Positions 41,246-51,990 of a stretch of 64,000 bases of DNA are shown piece after piece. The translations under genes and the position numbers were made by a program. The stretch is from Sedimentisphaerales bacterium. GTDB taxonomy: Bacteria > Planctomycetota > Phycisphaerae > Sedimentisphaerales > SM23-30. The notes under the pieces were generated by a model. The model made no database searches. It was not told the origin of the DNA and saw only the letters and a list, made by a program, of their open reading frames with translations. Each line of letters starts with the position of its first letter. Position 1 is the first letter of the stretch. The stretch covers positions 1-64,000 of the forward strand of contig CAXXFK010000029.1 in assembly GCA_963663965.2 (NCBI GenBank). The letters are read 5' to 3'.

Positions 41246-44200
41246 ATGATGATCAAGCAGAAAAACAGGAGATTTCGGGCAGTTTTAATGGGAATCTGTA
41301 TGGGTTTGGGATGGCTGGCGGGGTTCGTAACCTGGGATTCAACCGCTTTCGCCGACAGTGCGGCTGCCGGCCCGGCCCGGTATATTTATGTGGATGCCGC
41401 CAGTACCGGACTGAACAACGGCAGCAGCTGGACGGATGCCTTTACCAGCCTGCAGGATGGCCTGGTGTTTGCAACTCAAAATCCATCCATAGAAGAGATA
41501 CGCGTGGCCGGGGGCACCTATCGACCGGCCGAACCCGATGGCGATAAAAATCTTTCATTTTCGCTGATGAACGGGGTCAAAATCATGGGCGGTTTCGCCG
41601 GTGTATCCGGCAGCGATCCTTCAGAACGCAAACCCAATTTCTGGTTGACCATACTTAGCGGTGATCTCAACGGGAACGACGGCGATGATTTTACGAATAT
41701 CAACGACAACAGCCGCTGCGTGGTGACCGGCAGCAATACCAACAGCACCGCGGTGCTGGATGGATTCATCATCACCGGTGGAAAAGCGGAGATGGGCGCC
41801 GGCATGATCATTCAGAACGGCAACCCTACGCTGACCGAATGCATATTCAGCAAGAACTGGGCCGCCGCCGGGGCCGGCGGGCTTTATAGCCAGCAGAGCG
41901 ATCCGACCCTGGTCCGATGCCGTTTCGAGAATAATTTCTGCGGTTATACCGGCGGGGCCGGCATGCACAACGATGCGTCAAACCCTAGACTGTACGACTG
42001 CATTTTCATCAATAACGCCGTAGTATCGACCGGCCTGGGCGGCGGCATGTACAACGGTAACGGGAGCGAACCCATCCTTTATAACTGCTCCTTTATCAGC
42101 AATACCGCCGGGGTACAGGATGACACCGGCTCCAGCCAATTCAGCGGCGGGGGCGGGATGTTTAACCAAGGCAGTTCGCCAATCCTGGTGGGCTGTCTGT
42201 TCGACTCGAATATTACCGCCAATAACCGGGGCGGCGCGATCAATCACTACGATGGCGGCCACCTGACCCTGATTAACTGTACCTTCTGGAGCAACGCCTC
42301 ACTGAACAATCTGGGCGGCGGCCTGTACCTTTATACCGGCAGCTTGTCGGCCACGAATTGCATCTTCTGGAATAATCATGACGCCGCCGGTACCGGTCAG
42401 TCATCCCAGATCCTCAATATTACCGAGAACCTTGAAATTAATTACTGCTGCGTTCAGGGATGGGACAACACCCTGCCCGGCACAGGCAATATTGGAGCCG
42501 ATCCCCGGTTCATGAATCCGGCGGGCGCGGACAACATCATCGGCACCCTGGATGACAATCTGCGGATAGAACCGGGCTCACCGGCGGCCGACGCGGGCGA
42601 CTCAACGGCGGTACCGGCTGATCTGGCCGTCGATCTGGAGGGCGACGACCGGATTAAAGATGATCCGGCCGCGCCCGATACCGGCATTGCTCTCAATGGC
42701 TTGGTCGTGGATATGGGGATTTATGAAGGGCCCAAGCAGGGATTTGTGGTCAATAGCGAATCGCTGTCCGTAGCGGAAGGCGCCAGCCAGGCGTTAACCA
42801 TTACCCTGACGCAGCCGCCGACCGAAGAAATTACGGTGGTCGTTGCACTGATATCCAACGACCTCGACCTGCAAATCCAGAACGGACACACCTGGCAGGT
42901 GAATCCGGATAACTATAATCAGCCGCACGAGGTGGTCATCACCGCGGCGGAAGATGATGACAATATTACCGGCACCGGCCGGATCATGATCATGGCCCCG
43001 GAAATTCACACCCGTACGCTGGACATCATGGAACAAGAAAACGAACCGGAACCCGATGTTATCTTTGTCGACGCCAGCCCGTCCGGCGGGCAGAACGGCT
43101 GGAGCTGGGACAGCGCGTTTAACGATCTGCAGCACGCGCTGAACGCCGCCCGATCCAATCCATTTGCGAAAGAAATCCGGGTGGCCGGCGGCACTTATAA
43201 ACCGGCCGGGCCGGTCTCCGACCGGGACATCGCGTTTCGGCTCATCAAGGGTGTAGCCCTGCGGGGCGGCTATGCCGGTTATGGCGCGGCCAACCCTGAC
43301 GAACGGAACCCTGATAAATACCTCAGTATCCTTAGCGGCGACCTGAACGGCAACGACATGGACTATAGCGATCCCAGCCAATTGTTGTCCAATCTGGAGC
43401 GTGCCGACAACAGTATCCATGTCATTGTTGTCGATTTTCCTGACCGCTCCGGTGACCTGACCATCCTGGACGGCTTCACCATCGCCAACGGTAACGCCGA
43501 TGTCGAGTACGGCGATTATCGGGATTCCGGCCGGCGCGGCGGCGGACTTTATATGGACCTCTACGATCATGCATCGATTGTTATCCGCAACTGTATCTTC
43601 CGGAACAATACCGCCCTCTCCAAAGGTGGCGGCCTGTACAAAGATTACGATTACAACACCGTGACCTTCGAGCAATGCGATTTTATCAACAACGCCTGCG
43701 CCCATAACGGTGGCGGCGCGCAGGGCATCCGCCGGATGAGCCATTGCCGGTTCCTGAACAATTATGCCGGCGAAAACGGCGGCGGTTTATACCCAACCAA
43801 CGATGCGGACTGCGTCATCAGCAACTGTTTGTTCAGCGGCAATCGCAGCCATGGCGACGGTGGGGCCATTCACTTCGGCGATGATAACCACTTCTATCTT
43901 TATAACTGTACCCTTGCCGGCAACCGCGCCGGCGGACTGGGCGGCGGCGTCTATTACAGTTACAGTCTGGCGGACTTGCACAATACCATCCTGACCGACA
44001 ACACCGACTCCGCGGGCAGCGGTTTCGGCGCTCAGTATTACAACGCCAATGCTTATGGCCGGAATCTGTACCACTGCTGTATTACGGGCCTGGAACTTCC
44101 CGACTTCTACGGCAACATCCCCGGACCGGCCCGCTTTCTGGCCGGGGCCGGAGTAGACGGCCGCTGGGGCACGGCCGATGACGATATGCGGTTGGGTGAA

Positions 44201-47200
44201 TTTTCACCCTGCCTTGATGCCGGGACCAATTACTTTGTCCCCGAGGGCCTGAACAGCGACCTGGCCGGCCAGGCCCGGATCAGCAATCAGACCGTCGATA
44301 TCGGCGCTTATGAATTTCGCCGGCCGGAGGGATGGTATCCCTATCAGCTGGTTCTGCTGGACGGGCAGGAAGCCGATTCCAGCCGGGCGCGGGCCATAAA
44401 TGACAACGGCGTCATTGTCGGCTGGTCGTTCGATTATAACACCGGCGCGAAGCTGTTCGATTCATCCGGGGGTATGAACAATATCCACCTGGGTACGCTG
44501 GGCGGCCGCACCTCCGACGCCTATGGCCTGAACAACCTGAACCAGATTGTTGGGGTTTCCCAGACTGCGGATGAGGGTCATATCTACCATGCCACTTTGT
44601 TTGACGCAACCGGCGAGGACAATAATATCGACCTGGGCGGCTTGGGCGGCGACAGCAGCTATGCCTACGATATCAACGACTCCGGAACCATCGTCGGTAC
44701 TGCCATTATGGGCCAGGGCGCCATCAACTGGCGGGCCACGCTCTTTCAACCGGGTGGTGTCAATATCAATCTGGGCAACCTGACCGACAACAGCAACTTT
44801 CGAGACAGCGGCGCCCGAGCCATCAACAACCAAGGCCAGATCGTCGGCTGGGCTTATGCCGGTGAAACCACTATTACGACTCATGCGGTCCTGTTCGACG
44901 CAACCGGCAACGGCAACAATATCGACCTGACTCCGGGTAATAGCGGCAGCGAGGCATTTGACATCAATGACGACGGGCTGGTGGTCGGCACTTCGTGGAT
45001 CTGCAATGGAGCGACCCTGTTTGATACCAGCGGTGCGGGCCGCCATGTCGCCCTGGGCGCCCTGCCGGGCGGATCGGCCAGTGTCGCGACCGCCATCAAC
45101 AATCCGGGCCAGATTGTCGGCTCCTGCTTTATCCCTCATCCGGTAAACCCCGGTTACGATCCGGTTAGCCGGCCGGTCCTGTTCGACGCAACCGGTCATG
45201 GCCATAATATCGATCTGAACCAGTCGATCGATCCGGAACTGGGCTGGGAACTCTGGGAAGCCACTGACATTAACGATCAGGGCTGGATTGTCGGTCACGG
45301 TTATAATCCCGTCGGCGAATACCGGGCCTTTCTGCTGGTTCCCCAGCGAGAGATTCAGCAGCTGGTCGCTCATTGGAAACTAGATGAGACACAGGGGTCT
45401 ATCGCCCTCGATTCCGCGGGTAATCACGACGGTCTGCTGATCGGCGGGCCACAGTGGGAGCCTTGCGACAAACTGGCCGGTACGTTGTCATTTGACGGAG
45501 TGAATGATTATGTGGCCTGCGGCAACTCGAGTACTTATGACATAACCCTAGCCATTACCCTTACGGCCTGGATTCGCGCCGAGTCCTTTACCCGCAATTT
45601 CCAGGCGATTATCACCAAGGGCGACAGCGCCTGGCGACTCCAGCGCAACGGGGCCACCGATTGTCTGGTCTTCGGCTGCAGTGGCGTGGATGTCGCCGCC
45701 GAGCCCGGCTCGCCGTGGGGTTCACTGCGCGGCACGGTTCCGGTCAACGACGGACAGTGGCATCATGTCGCCTGTGTTTATGACGGTTCGATCATGTACC
45801 TGTATATCGATGGCCAGCTGGATGTTTCGAGCCCGGCCGCGGGAAAGATAAACACTAACGATTATCCCGTGCTGATCGGCGAAAACGCCCAGCAGCCCGG
45901 CCGCCATTGGAACGGTCAGCTCGCGGATGTACGCGTTTATAATTATCCATTGACCGCTCAGGAAATCGCACGCATTGGACGGTTCGCCACAACGATGTAT
46001 GTCGACGGCAGCGCCGCCGGCGACAACGACGGCTCCAACTGGCAGAACGCGTTTGTGTATTTAAAAGACGCGCTGGCGCTGGCGATTCCGGGCGATGAGA
46101 TCCGGGTTGCGCAAGGCACTTACCGCCCTGGCTACAGCCAATTTGGAAATAACCTGTCTCGGGAAGAATCGTTTGTGCTGGTCGACGGCATCGCGCTGAA
46201 AGGCGGTTATGCCGGCGGCCAGGCTTCCGACCCGGACGAGCGGGATTTTGCCCAATATCAAACCATCCTCAGCGGCGACCTGACCGATGACGACGACGGC
46301 GATCTGACCGATTATTCGCGACTGACCAACAGTTATCATGTCGTGACCGGCAGCGATACCGGGCCCGACACCCTGCTGGAAGGTTTTATCATTGTCGCCG
46401 GTTACGCCTACGAAAACAAAGCTACCCGCCACGACAACGGTGGCGGCTTGTACAATGACAACGCCTTCCTCACGATAAAAAGTTGCCGCTTTATCAACAA
46501 TCTGGCCGCCAACGAGGGCGGCGGCGGTGGCGGCGGCATATACAACCGCTATAGCGATCCGGTCATCATCGATTGCGAGTTTCTCCAGAACTTTTACCAT
46601 TACGCCGATGATGACGGGGGTGGAGCTATCTGCAATTACAAGAGTCATCCTGTCATCAGCGGTTGTCTGTTCAAGAAAAATCAGTCCAGCGGCCATGGGG
46701 GCGCCATCTATGATAAGAGCAGCCATCCGGTTATTACCGATTGCCAGTTTATCGACAACAGCGCCGCTCGCAGTGGCGGGGCAGTAAACTTTGAATATGA
46801 CACAACCACATTAGAACGCTGCCTGTTCCAGAATAATCAAGCCAATCAGGATGGCGGCGCGATTAATTGCGAACGGAGCTCTCTGACCCTGACCGATTGC
46901 GTCTTAAGCGGGAACTCGGCCCGATGGAGCGGAGGCGGTATCCAGTGCGATTACAAAGACCAGTTGCTGCTGACCCACTGCATTCTGGAAGGCAATCGGG
47001 CATCAATCTATTTTGGCGGAGGTTTGTATCAGTATCACGGTAACGCCAAACTGGTTAATTGCACCTGGTACGGCAACTCGTCCAATACCGGGGGCGGCAT
47101 TTATAACCGCGAGACCACCATGGATCTGCTGAATTGCATTTTATGGCAGAATTCAGCAGCCAGCGGCCCGGGACTCTACCTGGCCTTTTATGAAAATCCC

Positions 47201-47770
47201 TGTCCGGTTACCGTTGAATATTGCGATATTCAGGGCGGGCTGAGCGGTATTGAGGTCGAACCGGGCCGGGCGCTCATCTGGCAGCCGGGCAACCTCGATA
47301 TCGACCCGCTCTTTGTCAAACCGGGTTCACAGGGAGACGCATGCTGGATGTCCGGTGATTATCATCTGCAAAGCAACGGGTATTATTGGGATACCCTCAG
47401 CAAAACCTGGAAATACGGTGACTTTACCAGTCGCGCGATTGACGCCGGTCATCCCGGCATGCCGCTCGGTAAAGAACGGTTAACCATACCCAACGAGCCA
47501 TTCCGGCAACGTCTGTCCAATCTGCGCATCAATATGGGCGCCTACGGTGGTACAGACCAGGCTTCGGCGCCGCCCCATGACTGGGCTCTGGCCGCCGATG
47601 TCAATAACGATGGCATCGTCGATCTGGGGGACTTTACTGCCAGTGCTAATGAGTGGCTGGAAAGCAGCTCCCCCTCGACCGGCGATTTTAATCGCGATGG
47701 CCGCTTTGACCTGGATGACCTAGCCCAGTTCGTCAATCAATGGCTGGCACACACCAGTTGGTATCATTAA
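41246..47770 (+). CDS. Giant secreted protein: three right-handed beta-helix modules, HAF-type repeats, LamG and a C-terminal dockerin/EF-hand-like domain
   Basis: Signal peptide; repeated IYVD..A.G.N.G.SW..AF..LQ.AL / IRVAxGTYxP / ILSGDL modules; AxDINDxGxIVG repeats; WHHVACVYDG; ADVNNDGIVDLGD and GDFNRDGRFDLDD. Confidence 0.85.
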   Translation: MMIKQKNRRFRAVLMGICMGLGWLAGFVTWDSTAFADSAAAGPARYIYVDAASTGLNNGSSWTDAFTSLQDGLVFATQNPSIEEIRVAGGTYRPAEPDGDKNLSFSLMNGVKIMGGFAGVSGSDPSERKPNFWLTILSGDLNGNDGDDFTNINDNSRCVVTGSNTNSTAVLDGFIITGGKAEMGAGMIIQNGNPTLTECIFSKNWAAAGAGGLYSQQSDPTLVRCRFENNFCGYTGGAGMHNDASNPRLYDCIFINNAVVSTGLGGGMYNGNGSEPILYNCSFISNTAGVQDDTGSSQFSGGGGMFNQGSSPILVGCLFDSNITANNRGGAINHYDGGHLTLINCTFWSNASLNNLGGGLYLYTGSLSATNCIFWNNHDAAGTGQSSQILNITENLEINYCCVQGWDNTLPGTGNIGADPRFMNPAGADNIIGTLDDNLRIEPGSPAADAGDSTAVPADLAVDLEGDDRIKDDPAAPDTGIALNGLVVDMGIYEGPKQGFVVNSESLSVAEGASQALTITLTQPPTEEITVVVALISNDLDLQIQNGHTWQVNPDNYNQPHEVVITAAEDDDNITGTGRIMIMAPEIHTRTLDIMEQENEPEPDVIFVDASPSGGQNGWSWDSAFNDLQHALNAARSNPFAKEIRVAGGTYKPAGPVSDRDIAFRLIKGVALRGGYAGYGAANPDERNPDKYLSILSGDLNGNDMDYSDPSQLLSNLERADNSIHVIVVDFPDRSGDLTILDGFTIANGNADVEYGDYRDSGRRGGGLYMDLYDHASIVIRNCIFRNNTALSKGGGLYKDYDYNTVTFEQCDFINNACAHNGGGAQGIRRMSHCRFLNNYAGENGGGLYPTNDADCVISNCLFSGNRSHGDGGAIHFGDDNHFYLYNCTLAGNRAGGLGGGVYYSYSLADLHNTILTDNTDSAGSGFGAQYYNANAYGRNLYHCCITGLELPDFYGNIPGPARFLAGAGVDGRWGTADDDMRLGEFSPCLDAGTNYFVPEGLNSDLAGQARISNQTVDIGAYEFRRPEGWYPYQLVLLDGQEADSSRARAINDNGVIVGWSFDYNTGAKLFDSSGGMNNIHLGTLGGRTSDAYGLNNLNQIVGVSQTADEGHIYHATLFDATGEDNNIDLGGLGGDSSYAYDINDSGTIVGTAIMGQGAINWRATLFQPGGVNINLGNLTDNSNFRDSGARAINNQGQIVGWAYAGETTITTHAVLFDATGNGNNIDLTPGNSGSEAFDINDDGLVVGTSWICNGATLFDTSGAGRHVALGALPGGSASVATAINNPGQIVGSCFIPHPVNPGYDPVSRPVLFDATGHGHNIDLNQSIDPELGWELWEATDINDQGWIVGHGYNPVGEYRAFLLVPQREIQQLVAHWKLDETQGSIALDSAGNHDGLLIGGPQWEPCDKLAGTLSFDGVNDYVACGNSSTYDITLAITLTAWIRAESFTRNFQAIITKGDSAWRLQRNGATDCLVFGCSGVDVAAEPGSPWGSLRGTVPVNDGQWHHVACVYDGSIMYLYIDGQLDVSSPAAGKINTNDYPVLIGENAQQPGRHWNGQLADVRVYNYPLTAQEIARIGRFATTMYVDGSAAGDNDGSNWQNAFVYLKDALALAIPGDEIRVAQGTYRPGYSQFGNNLSREESFVLVDGIALKGGYAGGQASDPDERDFAQYQTILSGDLTDDDDGDLTDYSRLTNSYHVVTGSDTGPDTLLEGFIIVAGYAYENKATRHDNGGGLYNDNAFLTIKSCRFINNLAANEGGGGGGGIYNRYSDPVIIDCEFLQNFYHYADDDGGGAICNYKSHPVISGCLFKKNQSSGHGGAIYDKSSHPVITDCQFIDNSAARSGGAVNFEYDTTTLERCLFQNNQANQDGGAINCERSSLTLTDCVLSGNSARWSGGGIQCDYKDQLLLTHCILEGNRASIYFGGGLYQYHGNAKLVNCTWYGNSSNTGGGIYNRETTMDLLNCILWQNSAASGPGLYLAFYENPCPVTVEYCDIQGGLSGIEVEPGRALIWQPGNLDIDPLFVKPGSQGDACWMSGDYHLQSNGYYWDTLSKTWKYGDFTSRAIDAGHPGMPLGKERLTIPNEPFRQRLSNLRINMGAYGGTDQASAPPHDWALAADVNNDGIVDLGDFTASANEWLESSSPSTGDFNRDGRFDLDDLAQFVNQWLAHTSWYH

Positions 47771-47950
47771 TCAAGGAGCCCTGTCCGATTTCTTGCCGGC
47801 TATCATGGGGGTATCCATGGGCCAATCCTTCTTCAAAAGGAGGAACTTCTCTGCCACAAGCTAATATCGCAGGGAATAATCTTGATATCATTTTAAGATT
47901 TAACGACAATGGCGATATGATTAATTGTGGCCAGTTAAAATAGAACCAAA

Positions 47951-48472
47951 ATGACTTCAAAGAAAATGTACCGATTTAGAATGCTGTTAGGCCTGGCGAT
48001 ACTGTTGGCCTGCGTTGGCTGTGATCAGGTTACCAAGACGGTTGCAACCCGGACGCTGGCGGGGCGGGAGGTGAAGTCATTTTGGGTGGATACGGTGCGG
48101 TTGGACTATGCGCTGAATCCCGGTGGGTTTCTCAGTCTAGGCAGCCAGATGCCGGATGACCTGCGGAAGTGGACATTTATCGCGATTAATTCAGGTCTGC
48201 TGCTGGGGCTGGGGGTGTTTCTCGGGTTGAAACGCAATTTGCCGTTTGCGTTGTTTGTGGCGCTGGTATTGATCCTGGCGGGTGGGATCGGTAATCTGAT
48301 TGACCGGTTGTGTCATGATGGGCTGGTTACGGATTTTATCAATATTGGTATCGGTCCGGTGCGGACTGGAATCTTTAATGTGGCGGATATGGCGATTATG
48401 GCCGGCGGTATTGCTTTGGTATGGCTGTCATTGAAACGGGATACGGGCAAACATGGCGATGTGAATTGTTAG
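47951..48472 (+). CDS. lspA: Signal peptidase II (lipoprotein signal peptidase)
   Basis: DQVTK, NPGGFLS, GGIGNLIDR, VTDF and FNVAD motifs. Confidence 0.9.
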   Translation: MTSKKMYRFRMLLGLAILLACVGCDQVTKTVATRTLAGREVKSFWVDTVRLDYALNPGGFLSLGSQMPDDLRKWTFIAINSGLLLGLGVFLGLKRNLPFALFVALVLILAGGIGNLIDRLCHDGLVTDFINIGIGPVRTGIFNVADMAIMAGGIALVWLSLKRDTGKHGDVNC

Positions 48473-48576
48473 CGAATGGTGTGGATCGATGCCGGGAGAG
48501 ATGGGGTGTAGCCGGTGGTCGTGGGATTGGTCCGTCTGAGGTACAATGGGAATAATGGAAATAATTGTAAGGAAAT

Positions 48577-48681
48577 TATACCCAACGGGTAAGGAAATAT
48601 CCGATCGCTGATAAGCAAAGTTTTTACGAGTAAAAGACTTATTACACGGCCCAGCGGGCATTTTCGGATGCAAATGGTATA
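48577..48681 (+). mobile_element. MITE-like repeat, copy 4
   Basis: TATACCCAACGGGTAAGGAAATATCCGATCGC...CGGGCATTTTCGGATGCAAATGGTATA, 105 bp. Confidence 0.8.
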
Positions 48682-49077
48682 AAAAAGATTCCCCGGCAAA
48701 CTCAGCAGAATTCACCGGGGAATAGTGTTCTTGCATTACAAAGAGGTATATATAAAACTAATAATTATACACTATTTTGCCTGTTATTTGTTAGCGATAA
48801 TCTGCAAAACCGGGATCTTGAGGACGTGAGCAAGATAGCCATTCACTTGATACTTGATAAACAGGCAAAATCGAATTAATTATTAATACTATATTAAGAT
48901 ACTTATTGTTGCCATCCAGTTCCATGATTAAGCTCTTCATACTTGTTCACATTTTCATCCCTCTTTTTTAAACCGTTTTCAATTCTTCAAAGCTTATCCA
49001 GGTTCAATTCTGTCAGTAAGTTACGTTTGAATACGCCTCCTTTCATCCCTTGCATTTATATTGTTTTAATGGATTTC

Positions 49078-49911
49078 TTAATGAAATGCCTTTAAAGGAT
49101 CATACCACCGAACAGGCACTTCATCGCTTAGTGGTTCCGGTTGCTCAATGGGCGAGACATGTCCATCCAGCCATAGAGTGTTTGATTTACGCGCATGTCT
49201 GAAACAACATTCAACGGTATCAACACCTTCCCATCCTGTCATCCAAGACGGCATGGTCTCAGGACGCCATTGCGGCAAATTGTAGGTTTGGCCCGGCCCG
49301 ACACAAAACATATCGGAACTTAAACTATCTAGCCTCTGTTCGATATGATCCTGGGTAAAAATCGCTTCTGCCTGATGTGGCACCGAATCGATCACCTGCC
49401 CCTTATAGCTTGCGCCATCCCATTTACCATAGGATACACAGGGATTGAGACCATAAGAAGCAAACTGATAATGTGGCTGCATGCTGGGACCAAAAGGAGG
49501 ATTGTCCCCGTTTTCCCGCCAATCGTCGTTGAATTTATTACTGGGACAATCGAATAGTTCTTTGGTATAGACATAAATCCGATACGCGACACCCCAATAA
49601 GCTAATTTATCGTTAACGGTATATTCAATATATTCCGTTGCCGAACTATCCCATTTATTATCCCACAAGGCATAATTCGTTTGATAACCAGAGAATACTC
49701 TGCCATCATGATTATTTGTATAGACAAAGACCGCTTTGCCCAACCCGTTTAGATGAGTCATGCAGACAGAACTTCTAGCCTGTTCTCTGGCCTTACCCAA
49801 GGCCGGCATCAGAAGCGCTACCAGTAAAGCAATAATAGAAATAACAACCAATAATTCAATCAGGGTAAACCCGTGTGTTATACGACTTTGCGATACCATT
49901 CTATTTTTCAT
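49078..49911 (-). CDS. Prepilin-type N-terminal cleavage/methylation protein with H-X9-DG motif (DUF1559-like)
   Basis: [34 protein letters not shown]-terminal [14 protein letters not shown]. Confidence 0.9.
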   Translation of the reverse strand: MKNRMVSQSRITHGFTLIELLVVISIIALLVALLMPALGKAREQARSSVCMTHLNGLGKAVFVYTNNHDGRVFSGYQTNYALWDNKWDSSATEYIEYTVNDKLAYWGVAYRIYVYTKELFDCPSNKFNDDWRENGDNPPFGPSMQPHYQFASYGLNPCVSYGKWDGASYKGQVIDSVPHQAEAIFTQDHIEQRLDSLSSDMFCVGPGQTYNLPQWRPETMPSWMTGWEGVDTVECCFRHARKSNTLWLDGHVSPIEQPEPLSDEVPVRWYDPLKAFH

Positions 49912-50037
49912 ACATTCTTTCCATCTGTTAATAAAAAAAGACTTATTCTGGAACACGACATGCCTTGTTAGGCAGCTAAATAGGCTTGACCGGATAAACT
50001 TAATGCCGGCCCATTCTATCGATCAGTTTTAAACGGA

Positions 50038-50532
50038 CTAAATTTCCCTAGCGTTTTTTTGAGTTAAAATCAATTCCAGATTATCCGCTAATGTATCTGC
50101 AACACCAAGGCGCCTTTCAGATCGTCGCTTGTCGAGTCTGGAAATACAGCTTTTAATTGCTTTCAACCGCTCGTTATTACTATAATCATTCTTATCATGT
50201 GCCAGTGCGTATTCGGATACGATTTCCATTACTTCGCTATTAAATTGAACTTTAGCCCGCTTCTTACTTCTACGATAATTCAGAATAATATAACGGGCAC
50301 ATTGAATGCCCCAGGCAGAAAAACTGCTGCTTGGTTTGAATTCACCAAATTTTGTCCACATCAAAGAAACCGTTTTCTGAAAGATATCCTCCGCATCATG
50401 ATTGTTGGGTACCAGCATCAAAATAAAAGTAAATATCCGGCTCTGATTGGCAACAAACAATCGCAGGAATTGCTGGTAAATTTCGTGCATGCCTGAATTG
50501 GGGAAATGCTGATTGAATGATTCTGAATCCAT
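50038..50532 (-). pseudogene. ECF sigma-70 factor (Rhodopirellula/Verrucomicrobium type), truncated before region 4
   Basis: Region 2 intact (DAEDIFQ, FSAWG); after CISRLDKRR the sequence diverges and the sigma4 HTH is missing. Confidence 0.65.
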
Positions 50533-50622
50533 GCTTGATGGTATATTTCTTTATATTTACGAAGTATTTGAAAAACTATATGCAGTTAACTTTCACATAA
50601 AGCCCTTGATTTATTTTATTAA

Positions 50623-50810
50623 GGGCATCTCTAATAATTCATTCCGGGCTGCAAGCGGGCACTCTATGTGCAGCGAGACAAGAATTTTCCTCTGGATTTC
50701 GTCACAAAAAACCGTGAATTCCGATGACTATCGGAATGCCCGGTTCTTTGTTCCTTGGCAGAGAAAAATCATCCTCGTTTTCGCCTCTAAAGCAATTATT
50801 AGAGGCACCC
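50623..50810 (+). mobile_element. 188-bp hairpin MITE with TTAA target-site duplication
   Basis: TIRs GGGCATCTCTAATAATT / AATTATTAGAGGCACCC (14/17); TTAA at 50619-50622 and 50811-50814; second partial copy at 1-81. Confidence 0.8.
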
Positions 50811-51194
50811 TTAAGTTTCATACGCAACGAATTAACTATGGTTACCTGATATAATAATGTACATGAATCGAGAAATTAGTAATATAAAATAATAAACACG
50901 ATCCTATCCTGAAGGCAACGGAGAATTACAAAGAACCAAAATATTTTGAAATATACCAGACAAAACGCAGGAATGCCTGTTTTATAGATACTGGACCGGA
51001 AGCAGAAAGCGATAAATCTTGGGTGATGGAATAAAACAACATTACGGCTGGGCCAACCAAAGTTGCTTGCCCATATGAATCCAATCCGGCTATCTTGCGT
51101 TTCTGTTCAAATTTTGACCGCAGTGGTATTTGAATCCAACGGTTTTTGATTTTTGAATGTGACTAAATAGGAACGAAGGGTATTAAAGATAGAC

Positions 51195-51299
51195 TATCCC
51201 CATCGGGTATGGAAAAGTCTGATCGCTTGATAGTTAAGTATTTACTCAAAAAAGACTTGCTTCACGGTCCGGCGAGCATTTTCAATTGAAAATGGTATA
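51195..51299 (+). mobile_element. MITE-like repeat, copy 5
   Basis: TATCCCCATCGGGTATGGAAAAGTCTGATCGC...CATTTTCAATTGAAAATGGTATA. Confidence 0.8.
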
Positions 51300-51398
51300 A
51301 AAACTGGAAATAAAGGGACCTGATATTGGATAGATATTCTGATCATATGCAAAAGGATTTTATTTGATAGCCAAGAAATCAGTTTTCATTCGGATAAA

Positions 51399-51497
51399 GC
51401 GATTATGGCCGGCGGTATTGCTTTGGTCTGGTTGTCATTGAAATGGAATACGGGCAAATCAGGGGATCCCTGCGAGGAGCCGAATGATGGGGAGTAA
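51399..51497 (+). pseudogene. Displaced duplicate of the lspA 3' end
   Basis: 51399-51458 matches 48392-48451 at 56/60; stays open as AIMAGGIALVWLSLKWNTGKSGDPCEEPNDGE*. Confidence 0.8.
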
Positions 51498-51839
51498 CAC
51501 TGGAAAAAAGGTCGAAGCTGACTGAGGAAGTGGATTGATAATGGTATTCATCGAGCAGTTGAAACCTTGTTTGCTGGCATGAAGCAAGACGCGAAGTAAC
51601 GCATCTCAACCAGGGGCCAAAGGGGGAGTTTTGACTGTCTCTGTTGGAAATTAACGATAACATCCCAAAACCGGTACAGGTAGGTTAGTTCAACTAACGG
51701 TCACATGTTAAATGCAGGTCGCGAGTTACATTTTGCCGGAGTGATGGGGGAATCTGATGATATTGTTGGTGCAATTCGGCAGGGGGGGTATTATAATGAA
51801 GCTTTGAAGTCAGTGACTGCTGCTGATACTTTTTGAAGT

Positions 51840-51944
51840 AATACCATAAACAATTGATAATGCCCGCTGAGCCGTGAAATAAGTCTTTTTCGAATAGAAA
51901 CTTAGCTTACGAGCGATCGGACATTTCCTTACCCGACGGGTATA
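51840..51944 (-). mobile_element. MITE-like repeat, copy 6 (inverted)
   Basis: Reverse complement TATACCCGTCGGGTAAGGAAATGTCCGATCGCTC...CGGGCATTATCAATTGTTTATGGTAT. Confidence 0.8.
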
Positions 51945-51990
51945 ACCTGCGCACAGCTTGGGCGCGGTTGAGATATGTTTGATCCCTCCT

